Assembly: GCA_050293845.1 (NCBI GenBank)
Contig: JBNKNM010000139.1
Span: forward strand, 1-14,443
Length of the DNA: 14,443 nucleotides
Source: Pseudobacteriovorax sp.
GTDB lineage: Bacteria; Bdellovibrionota_B; Oligoflexia; Oligoflexales; Oligoflexaceae
Reading direction: 5' to 3'
Position numbers and translations under genes: made by a program. Of this stretch, positions 6,987 through 14,443 are shown piece by piece (position 1 is the stretch's first letter; each line of letters begins with the position of its first letter). The notes below the pieces were generated by a model that made no database searches, was not told the DNA's origin, and saw nothing but the letters and a program-made list of their open reading frames with translations.

Positions 6987-8804
6987 TTAATAATCTGAGG
7001 AAGCTTTTATGAAGTTGCTATACCTTTGGGATGATAATAATTGATTATGACTACCAATTAATTTGACTTTACCATTTTCAACAAACCATATTTCATCAAA
7101 ATTATGCAGCCACTGTAATCGATGGGTCACAAACAAAAGTCCCACCCTCTGCCCTGAAACCTCCTTAAGTAAATGATGGGTAATGAGTTTTTCATTCTCC
7201 ATATCAATAGCTGATGTAGCTTCATCAAGAACTAGGAAAGGTTTTCCTCGTAACAGAGACCTGGCTATAACCAGCCTCTGAATCTGTCCACCCGAAAAAT
7301 TAGAGCGAACCGCTGCAATCTTACTTTCAAGCCCCTCAGGCAATACCTGAATATGATCTGCAATTCCTACTTTTTCCAACGATTTCCAAATATCTTCTTC
7401 GGAAACTTTTTGCACAAGACCGTAAATAAGGTTGTTACGTATACTATCCTCGAACATGAAAGGCTTCTGGCTCACAAAAGAAGTAGACTGGGTAAATTTT
7501 TTCCAATCAATATCAGCATCCCACCGAATCGGCGGCAATAAACCCACCAAAGTCCTCACGATAGTAGACTTTCCAGCGCCACTAGGTCCTACAATAGCAA
7601 TGCTTTTACCAGGCTCTAGCACAAATTTTGAGCCTATGAACCGCACTTTATCATTATAACCAGCCGCAATGTATTTTATCTTTATGAGGTTTGTTTTTAT
7701 GGGGGCTTGTGTCGACTTTTCTGGGAAAGAGGAAGAAAACTCATGATCAAAGATTTTATAACCTTCTTGTAAAGCTCCTTTTGTTTCCTGCAGCCTTGCT
7801 ACTTGTTCTCCTAAAGATTTCAAAGGCCTCAGTAAAACCCCCAGTGCTGCTAGAAACTGAATTAACTCCTCGGGACCAAACTCTTGTCCAAATAACCGCT
7901 TCGACAACAGTAGTAAAACTCCGGAAAACCCCAAGAAACCAAACATCTCTAGACCTGGGGAAAACGTAGACCTTAAAAAAATAGATTTTTTAATGGTGTG
8001 ATAATACTTGTCATTCAGCCTTTCAAACAGCTTGATTTCATAGCTTTGTGATTGCTGGGCTTGAATAAAAGGGTAACGTTTTCTTAGTGATAAGATAAAT
8101 CCAGACATTTTACCTAGGTCTTTTTGCCATCCTTCGGCAAAATGTGATATCCGCCGCGAAATTTGCCCCAATATCACAAATAGAAAAGGAGAGCCTATCA
8201 ATAAGACCATAGCTGTTTGCCAATGAATAATAAACATGGCTGCCAAAGCCGAAATGATAAGCACCGAGTCTTTAATGAAACTAGCCATAAAGTCTGAATA
8301 ACGCGACTGTAGATAGAGGACATCATTCATAAGAACAGACATCCACTCACCGGGAGTACGTTTATTGATTTCATGATAGGAACGATTAAGGATTGCCCCA
8401 AATAATCGATCTCGATAACGCTTAGCTACATGAAAGGATAAAGCCTGCTGATTGTACTGAAAGAAATAACCAGCGACCCCTTTGGCAAATACAGCAATTA
8501 GCAGCCCCCCCGGAATGAGCCATATAATATTCTGTTTAGAGAGCTGGACATCTGCCAAATTAGGGAAGTAGTCGGTAATTTTGCTGCTGAAAAGCTCCGT
8601 TATAGGAATCGTTTCTAGCTGTCCTAAGGTAAAAAGACTTTTAAAAAATGGACCTAGCAACAATAAAAACAGTGATTGTGATATTGAGAGTACAATTAAT
8701 GCGAGAATAATGACCCCCAGCCTTTGGGGAAAATCCAGCATAGGAGAAAGGAACAAAGAGGTAAACTTTTGCCGAGGGTTAGAAGGGATTTGAAGGTTGA
8801 TCAT
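6987..8804 (-). CDS. msbA: Lipid A export ABC transporter MsbA-like (TMD + NBD half transporter)
   Basis: 605 aa, about 6 TM segments. LLRPLKSL matches E. coli MsbA TM6 (LMRPLKSL). Walker A GPSGAGKST, Q-loop FVSQ, signature FSGGQ, Walker B LVLDEATSAID, H-loop VTHRL. ATGA overlap with the lpxB-like stop codon. Confidence 0.8.
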   Translation of the reverse strand: MINLQIPSNPRQKFTSLFLSPMLDFPQRLGVIILALIVLSISQSLFLLLLGPFFKSLFTLGQLETIPITELFSSKITDYFPNLADVQLSKQNIIWLIPGGLLIAVFAKGVAGYFFQYNQQALSFHVAKRYRDRLFGAILNRSYHEINKRTPGEWMSVLMNDVLYLQSRYSDFMASFIKDSVLIISALAAMFIIHWQTAMVLLIGSPFLFVILGQISRRISHFAEGWQKDLGKMSGFILSLRKRYPFIQAQQSQSYEIKLFERLNDKYYHTIKKSIFLRSTFSPGLEMFGFLGFSGVLLLLSKRLFGQEFGPEELIQFLAALGVLLRPLKSLGEQVARLQETKGALQEGYKIFDHEFSSSFPEKSTQAPIKTNLIKIKYIAAGYNDKVRFIGSKFVLEPGKSIAIVGPSGAGKSTIVRTLVGLLPPIRWDADIDWKKFTQSTSFVSQKPFMFEDSIRNNLIYGLVQKVSEEDIWKSLEKVGIADHIQVLPEGLESKIAAVRSNFSGGQIQRLVIARSLLRGKPFLVLDEATSAIDMENEKLITHHLLKEVSGQRVGLLFVTHRLQWLHNFDEIWFVENGKVKLIGSHNQLLSSQRYSNFIKASSDY

Positions 8805-9964
8805 GCAGGTTGTGAGCCTTTTGTTTTCTTTTTAAAACTCCAAGTGGCAATTTCTCTGCCAATGAGTTCTGCCGCATTATCGGCAGTAAAACCCGTCAGC
8901 ACACTACGTAGCTGCGCTATATCTTTTATCAAGTTCTCCCGTTTATCGCCATCTTTAAAAAGTAGTTCTAATTCATCTGCAATTAACTCTACAGAGTCAC
9001 TAAGCTTGTATTCAGGGTGAATCATGCGTTCTGCTATTTGATTAGCTAGGGACTTTATTTGACCGAGAGAAATGACTGGTGTCTTTAAAAGACACGCTTC
9101 GACAGTACTTGAACCACAGCTAGTAAGCAGTACTCTAGCTAGAGCTATAGTCTCCAAGCCCATGCCTTGTTGAATTTTAATACGATCCCCCGCGAGATAT
9201 TCAAGCGTGTTTCCTTCCTCAACTGATTTTAAGCCGGAGATAAGCGTTCGGATCTCATCTTTTAATTCCTGATAAACTTCCAGTGGTAAAGAGTAAATAA
9301 TATGGGCTGCTTCTTGTCGGTTTAGAAACTCTTTCGCAATAGCCACCATTGAAGGCAAGTTTCCACGAGCCTCTCTTACCGTATTTCCCGGAAAAACAGC
9401 CAAAAAATGCTCATCATCGTCTAAACCTAACGCTAGTGGCGAAACTTTCACCCTATCGATACGATCCCTTGTTGGGGAACCCAAGAATTCGTAAGGAGTT
9501 TCAACTTTCTGGAGAATCCCGTAGGGCTTGGGAAAAAAACCAATCACTACAGTAAGATATGTTTGAATCTCTTTAATATCAATGCCCTCCCAAACGGAAG
9601 GCGGAGTCAGACCGTAAAGCACCACTGGGATACCACGGCCAAAGAAATACTTAGCCAAAATATGATGCAAACGAGAATAACCGACTAAAATGGCAACTTG
9701 AGGATTTAGTTGAGAAAGCTCGGATACAATATCTTGAAAAAAGTCCTGGGCAGCTGGCGTTGCTATTCCTTTATCATGCAGCTGCATACTATCAATTTGA
9801 CTTAGCTCTTTGATGACAGGAATTCTTGTGCGAAGAGTAGCATTGCCCGCAAGGCTGTAGCCCTCCACCTTCGAATATTGCTCCCGTATTGCTAAGACAA
9901 GTTCAGCCCCCCAAATATCCGCCGACTGTGATCGACTAGATATAAAATAGGTCGGTCGTTTCAA
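8801..9964 (-). CDS. lpxB: Divergent lipid-A-disaccharide synthase (LpxB/GT19)-like protein with catalytic motifs degenerate
   Basis: Colinear with LpxB over its full length (SADIWGAELV, LNPQVAILV, GIPVVLY, FLGSP, LAVFPG, SCGSSTVEACLLKTP, SLANQIA) and located between lpxA and msbA. Likely start is TTG at 9964 (AGGAG 7 nt upstream, TTGA overlap with the lpxA stop) rather than GTG at 9970. Confidence 0.75.
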   Translation of the reverse strand: MKRPTYFISSRSQSADIWGAELVLAIREQYSKVEGYSLAGNATLRTRIPVIKELSQIDSMQLHDKGIATPAAQDFFQDIVSELSQLNPQVAILVGYSRLHHILAKYFFGRGIPVVLYGLTPPSVWEGIDIKEIQTYLTVVIGFFPKPYGILQKVETPYEFLGSPTRDRIDRVKVSPLALGLDDDEHFLAVFPGNTVREARGNLPSMVAIAKEFLNRQEAAHIIYSLPLEVYQELKDEIRTLISGLKSVEEGNTLEYLAGDRIKIQQGMGLETIALARVLLTSCGSSTVEACLLKTPVISLGQIKSLANQIAERMIHPEYKLSDSVELIADELELLFKDGDKRENLIKDIAQLRSVLTGFTADNAAELIGREIATWSFKKKTKGSQPA

Positions 9965-10782
9965 CGACACACTCCTCGTTCGCTACTTTGCAAAAAGTCT
10001 AGAAACAGCTGCCGTGACTCGGAAACATTAACTTCTTGCTCAATCCTTACAATGGCATCCTCTAACCTTAGATTCTCATTATAAAGTATTTTGAACATAT
10101 TTTTAATGTCAAATAATTGCTTGCGGTCTAAGCCTGAGCGGCGTAACCCTACCAAGTTTAACCCATTTATACGAGCGCGATCTCCTTGTACCAAACAAAA
10201 AGGAGGGACATCTTGCACCACAATGGCACCAGCCGCCACCATAGCTCGGCTACCAAAACGGCAAAACTGGTGGGCTCCTGACATACCTCCAAACACCACA
10301 GCATCACCTATAATGACATGTCCTGCGAGTTGCACGCTATTTGCAAATATACAATTATTGCCAATATGACAATCATGGGCGATATGGGTGTAAACCATGA
10401 TGAGGTTATCATCACCGATAGAGGTTTCGCCTCCTCCACCCACTGTGCCAAGAGAAATATTTACATATTCACGTATTTTATTACGTTTACCTATTGTTAA
10501 CCTTGTCGGTTCATTGGCAAACTTCAGGTCTTGGGGATCTGAGCCCACAGTAGCCATAGGATAGATTTTAGTATCCTCATCGATAAAGGTATGCCCAGAA
10601 ACAATCGCTCCTGCCCCTATCTGCACCCCTTTTGCCAGTTTTACATGCGGACCCACTATCGCGTTGGGGCCAACGACTACCTCAAGATCTAACTCCGCTC
10701 CCTTAGAAACTAATGCAGATGGGTGGATGTTACTGTTATTAGGGATGTTCTTATGAAGCTCAAAGTTAGAGTAGTCAAACAT
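9961..10782 (-). CDS. lpxA: Acyl-ACP--UDP-N-acetylglucosamine O-acyltransferase
   Basis: 273 aa. Hexapeptide repeats, PQDLKF, HIAHDC (catalytic His), LAGHV, HQFC, QDVPPF, GLNLVGLRR, and C-terminal SERG. Confidence 0.97.
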   Translation of the reverse strand: MFDYSNFELHKNIPNNSNIHPSALVSKGAELDLEVVVGPNAIVGPHVKLAKGVQIGAGAIVSGHTFIDEDTKIYPMATVGSDPQDLKFANEPTRLTIGKRNKIREYVNISLGTVGGGGETSIGDDNLIMVYTHIAHDCHIGNNCIFANSVQLAGHVIIGDAVVFGGMSGAHQFCRFGSRAMVAAGAIVVQDVPPFCLVQGDRARINGLNLVGLRRSGLDRKQLFDIKNMFKILYNENLRLEDAIVRIEQEVNVSESRQLFLDFLQSSERGVCR

Positions 10783-10823
10783 CTTGGTCGTCCTTACATG
10801 ATCCTCTTTTCACAAAGGTCAAG

Positions 10824-10852
10824 ATAATACAAGGCGCACAGCCAATATACAA
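10824..10852 (-). promoter_or_regulatory. Putative internal sigma70-type promoter upstream of lpxA
   Basis: In the 134-bp fabZ-lpxA gap: minus strand TTGTAT (10852-10847), 17-bp spacer, TATTAT (10829-10824). Confidence 0.35.
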
Positions 10853-10916
10853 TACTATTTAGACAGATAATCTGCTTATAATGAGGTAAAACCGATACTA
10901 ATGTAATAATGCCAAG

Positions 10917-11369
10917 TTACGCTAGTTTGGCTGTAAATTTTGCCTGAGCAGCCGTTTCCCCATTCACTGTCCCCTCCCCTTCAAACCAGAAAAAATCTTT
11001 CCTCGCCTTTACGAGACTGACTTTTAGTTTTAGCAGATCACCTGGTACTACAGGCCTACGAAATCGACTTTCACTGATTTCCGTTAACAAGCAAGTTTGG
11101 CAATCTTGTCCCTTACTTATCCGTCCCAAAATAGCTGATGCCTGCGCTAAGGCCTCTACCATCAAGACCCCTGGCATCACAGGATTATCCGGGAAATGTC
11201 CCTGCAAGTAGGGGTCGAGAGCTGAAACTGCCTTGACACCTTCAATGTATTCCATAGGAGAAAAGTCGACCACTCTATCAATGAGTAAGAAGGGATAGCG
11301 ATGGGGAATCAGCTTTTGAATTTCCGTAACATTCAATAACTTATTAGCTTTACCAAGTAGATCATCCAT
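10917..11369 (-). CDS. fabZ: 3-hydroxyacyl-ACP dehydratase
   Basis: IPHRYPFLLIDRV, GHFPDNPVMPGVLMVEALAQ, FRRPVVPGD. Start placed at ATG 11369 (GGAGG 5 nt upstream), 150 aa. Confidence 0.97.
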   Translation of the reverse strand: MDDLLGKANKLLNVTEIQKLIPHRYPFLLIDRVVDFSPMEYIEGVKAVSALDPYLQGHFPDNPVMPGVLMVEALAQASAILGRISKGQDCQTCLLTEISESRFRRPVVPGDLLKLKVSLVKARKDFFWFEGEGTVNGETAAQAKFTAKLA

Positions 11370-11392
11370 CTCTACCTCCAATCCACTTACTT

Positions 11393-11956
11393 TTATTTTT
11401 TGGCTGACCTTTTATTGCCTTTTGACCCAAAAGAATCAATAACTTCTTTGGTTAAGTCAACAGGATCTTTCAAAAAGAGTAAACCAGCACTGTTAGTTTC
11501 AAAAACCATCTCAAATCCACGCTTTTTGGCTAAGTCATTTACAAACTTACTAACGCTGACCGCAATTTTTTGGGTAGCTAGCTGCTCTTTCCTTTTTATC
11601 TCCTGCTGAAAAGCCATTTCTGAATTTCGCAACGCCATAAATTTTTGCTGAAATTCCTGCTGCTTTTTCAAGCGGGCATCCTCGCTTAACAATGCAGCTT
11701 GCTCTTTCCAGTCATTATTCAGCTTATCGAGTTCTTTCTTTTGATTCAGCAGCTCAGCCTCCTTTGCCTTGATCTCCTTTTCTAGAGCTTCCCGGGCTTT
11801 CTTTCCCTCGTCTACATTGAGAATCACAGCTTGCATATCAACCACAGCATAGCGAGCTTTAGCTGCCGCAATGCTTTGACTGGCAGCAAGAACCGCCATG
11901 GCGACTAAAAGAATTTTAACAGAGCGTCCCAAAGAGAAATTGTTACCGATTTTCAT
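11393..11956 (-). CDS. skp: Periplasmic chaperone Skp/OmpH
   Basis: 187 aa. Signal peptide, YAVVDMQAVI, long coiled coil, AKKRGFEMVF, DLTKEVI. Directly downstream of bamA with an AAGGA RBS. Confidence 0.93.
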   Translation of the reverse strand: MKIGNNFSLGRSVKILLVAMAVLAASQSIAAAKARYAVVDMQAVILNVDEGKKAREALEKEIKAKEAELLNQKKELDKLNNDWKEQAALLSEDARLKKQQEFQQKFMALRNSEMAFQQEIKRKEQLATQKIAVSVSKFVNDLAKKRGFEMVFETNSAGLLFLKDPVDLTKEVIDSFGSKGNKRSAKK

Positions 11957-11971
11957 GGGGTGAGTCCTTTC

Positions 11972-14272
11972 CTAATACCCTAAGTAGAAAATAAATTCTA
12001 AGTCACCTAATTGTCCGTCCTCTACCGGATAGGCCCATTCAAACCGAAATGGAGCTACAGGCGTAATCCAACGGAATCCAAATCCGACGTCACTAACAAA
12101 GTCTTTATATACAAAAGCTTCGCTTTCAGTGTATACACGACCCGTATCATAGAAAAATAATCCTTTAATATTCGCGTCTTTAATGACGGGAAAGAAGTAC
12201 TCCAGCTGTAACAAAGCTTGCTTGTTTCCACCACCATTAATTTCACTAGGGAAACCGCTCGGTGCTCGCAAAATATTAAACTTTGGCCCAACACTTCGGA
12301 ACTCATAACCTCTTAAATTTTCAGGTCCCCCGAGAGTATAGCGAGTCAATAGTGGAATCTCTTCATCGCCCATAGGCCACAATAAGCCAAAAAGACCATG
12401 CACTCGGAAATAAGTTCGATAAGTATCCGAAAAATCTATAGGATAATAGTATGACGCGTCCAAAGTAGTTTCCAAATAGGATCTATCGCCGCCAAATACT
12501 CCTCCAGTAATTTCTTGGCTAAGTCGCACATTAGAGCCATCCGAAGGGTCAATATAATTATTTGTATTATTTCGTGAAAGTGACAAAATCAACGAATGAG
12601 CCTGGCCTACAGACAAAAAGGCAGGAGGCGTATAAGTATCAGAGTCCTGGGTAATTTTCGAGAATCGGAATCCAATAGAAGCCCGAATCAGCTCGATGAT
12701 GCGTTTGCCTATGGAAAAGCTAATACCATGTCGTGCTTCTTGGATTTGCACATCTGTAGTGAGCCTTCTCACTTCATTACGGGTTGTAGCATTTACCCCA
12801 AAAGACCAGTAACTGTCATTGACCCTAGGATTGCGAAACCCTAGCTCCAGGCTATAATTCTTACCGCCATTCCACTTACCAGTGAAGCTAGTTTGCCATC
12901 CAAGCCCACTTTGATTCTCTTCTGAATAACGCCCTTGTCCAAAAAACTTGTTTTCATCGCTGTCAGAACTGGGGCTGAAACCTAGGGCAGCCTGTAACTG
13001 GCCAGTGGCTTTTTCCTTAACCTTAAACTTATAATTCAGGACATTAGGTCTCTTTTCATCTCTTCGCTTTATGGTCTGAACTTCTTCGAAAAAACCCAAC
13101 CTTTCAATATTGCGTTTTGACAAAGATAAGCGGGTACCACTGTAAAGTTCACCATCCGCTACCTCTAGCTCACGCCGGATGACATTATCACGGGTTTTGG
13201 TGTTACCGACGAATTTAAACTCACCAAAATAAACCTTTTCACCCTTGGTGATGTCATAATTGAGATGAACCAATTTTTTCTCGCGATCGAAACGATGTCG
13301 AGGATTCACATCCGCAAAAGCGAAACCTTTATCGCCATACTTATCTATCAGTCTTTCAATGTCTTTACGGAAAAGAGTAAAGCGAAATAGTTCATTATCC
13401 TTAAGATTCATCCACTCCCGCATTTCCTCTTCAGGATATAGGATATCCCCTGAAAACTTGATCGAGCCGATACTGTATTGTATCCCCTCCTCAATTTCCA
13501 TCGTGATCCGCACAAATTTACGATCAGCATCCATGACTGTTATCGGCTTACTAACCTGTACCTCAGCAAATCCCTGATCTTTGTATAAGTAAGCAATAAC
13601 CTCGGCATCTCGTTTGATAAACTCATCGTTATAGACAGAGCCAGGACCTGAAAACGTGGAACTTCTCGTTAGTGGTTTAGAAAAAAACTTATCGATAAGA
13701 TCAGCGTCGCTAAAATACTCGTTGCCCAGGACGTGAACATCCCCGACTAAAACCTTTCCTCCCTCATCGATGATAAACTGTAAATCAACCTGATTGGGGT
13801 TGTCGGGGAGTGGAACCAGCTTATAACTTGCTTTAGCAAGATAAAACCCTTTTTCAAGGTACATTTTCTCGATCATACGCACATCATTGGTCACCGCACC
13901 TTCATCGAGAATGGAAAACAATTCCGTCTCTAACTTGTCTTTGAAGTCACCGTCACTCAACTCATCCAAGCCAATAAAGGATATGGATACGACAGAAGGT
14001 TTTTCTTTGACGTCAATAATGAGACGCACTCCACCAGAGACGCTTTCTTTGTAAACGCGAATATCTGAAAAGTAACCCAAATCGTGGAGATCAAGAATAT
14101 CTTCGCGAATTTTATCTTTAGAAAGTTTATGTCCAGCCTTACTTCGTAGAATCGTTGTTATGGCATTGGCTTCAACTTTGGCGTTACCTCGCACCTTAAC
14201 TGACTTAATGACTTCAGCAAAAACAGTTGAGCTGAATACAACTCCCATTAGTAAACTTAAAAATAGCTTCAC
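11972..14272 (-). CDS. bamA: Outer membrane protein assembly factor BamA
   Basis: POTRA repeats (VKVRGN, GYFSDI, GNTKTRDNVIRRE, LGFFEEV, VKEKATG), barrel with LRGY (VRGF-type) motif, GFGFRWITPVAPFRFEWAYP, terminal FIFYLGY. Start placed at GTG 14272 (GGAGG 6 nt upstream; signal peptide MKLFLSLLMGVVFSSTVFA). The ORF is open up to 14389. Confidence 0.96.
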   Translation of the reverse strand: MKLFLSLLMGVVFSSTVFAEVIKSVKVRGNAKVEANAITTILRSKAGHKLSKDKIREDILDLHDLGYFSDIRVYKESVSGGVRLIIDVKEKPSVVSISFIGLDELSDGDFKDKLETELFSILDEGAVTNDVRMIEKMYLEKGFYLAKASYKLVPLPDNPNQVDLQFIIDEGGKVLVGDVHVLGNEYFSDADLIDKFFSKPLTRSSTFSGPGSVYNDEFIKRDAEVIAYLYKDQGFAEVQVSKPITVMDADRKFVRITMEIEEGIQYSIGSIKFSGDILYPEEEMREWMNLKDNELFRFTLFRKDIERLIDKYGDKGFAFADVNPRHRFDREKKLVHLNYDITKGEKVYFGEFKFVGNTKTRDNVIRRELEVADGELYSGTRLSLSKRNIERLGFFEEVQTIKRRDEKRPNVLNYKFKVKEKATGQLQAALGFSPSSDSDENKFFGQGRYSEENQSGLGWQTSFTGKWNGGKNYSLELGFRNPRVNDSYWSFGVNATTRNEVRRLTTDVQIQEARHGISFSIGKRIIELIRASIGFRFSKITQDSDTYTPPAFLSVGQAHSLILSLSRNNTNNYIDPSDGSNVRLSQEITGGVFGGDRSYLETTLDASYYYPIDFSDTYRTYFRVHGLFGLLWPMGDEEIPLLTRYTLGGPENLRGYEFRSVGPKFNILRAPSGFPSEINGGGNKQALLQLEYFFPVIKDANIKGLFFYDTGRVYTESEAFVYKDFVSDVGFGFRWITPVAPFRFEWAYPVEDGQLGDLEFIFYLGY

Positions 14273-14443
14273 CAATCGCCTCCAAGATCGACGACTTTTC
14301 CATCTTCCATCACTACTTGGCTTGGCAAACGTTGCCCCAGTTGCAAATCGTGCGTGACGAGTAGCATGGTAACACCATTCTTTCGACATAATTCCAACAA
14401 CAACCCCTCTACAATTTCGCTACTTTTTTTATCTAAATTTCCT

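Noticed and set aside
8801..9964. lpxB as a pseudogene
   Set aside because: No frameshift or internal stop, full length, with an RBS and coupled overlaps on both sides; treated as an expressed divergent CDS.
14324..14340. Sigma54-like GG-N10-GC element (TGGGGCAACGTTTGCC, minus strand) upstream of bamA
   Set aside because: The spacing fits but the TGGCAC consensus is not met; insufficient support.
1044..14357. Numerous 60-98 aa ORFs antisense to or nested within the main genes (e.g. 1044-1250, 6522-6785, 7691-7969, 8724-9020, 10091-10369, 12596-12844)
   Set aside because: They overlap well-supported genes and have no recognisable motifs; consistent with shadow ORFs.
14273..14389. 39-aa N-terminal extension of BamA from the ORF track
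   Set aside because: GTG 14272 has a strong GGAGG RBS and yields a canonical signal peptide; the extension is probably untranslated leader.
1..14443. CRISPR array, tRNA/rRNA, prophage or defence genes
   Set aside because: No regularly spaced repeats, cloverleaf or rRNA-like sequence, or phage/defence protein motifs were seen.

Overview
AT-rich (about 40% GC by eye) bacterial chromosome segment. Gene content and divergence suggest a deltaproteobacterium-like or Bdellovibrionota/Oligoflexia organism (inference only). The right half is a minus-strand outer-membrane/lipid A operon: bamA-skp-fabZ-lpxA-lpxB-like-msbA, with no lpxD and no lpxI. It is followed by an acidic-linker membrane protein with two Ig/FN3-like domains and a single-domain bacteriohemerythrin. 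On the plus strand is a long FapA/DUF342 protein, divergent from 5-formyltetrahydrofolate cyclo-ligase, a membrane-anchored hypothetical protein and an MltD-type lytic transglycosylase. The most notable observation is the gene in the lpxB slot: it is intact and translationally coupled at both ends, yet appears to have lost both catalytic residues (E. coli D98 and R201 equivalents) and the membrane-binding hydrophobic patch. That makes it a candidate pseudo-enzyme or neofunctionalised glycosyltransferase. The adjacent MsbA keeps the lipid A-binding basic residues but has a remodelled NBD/coupling region. A nested hairpin resembling an IS200/IS605-family element end lies at the extreme left edge.
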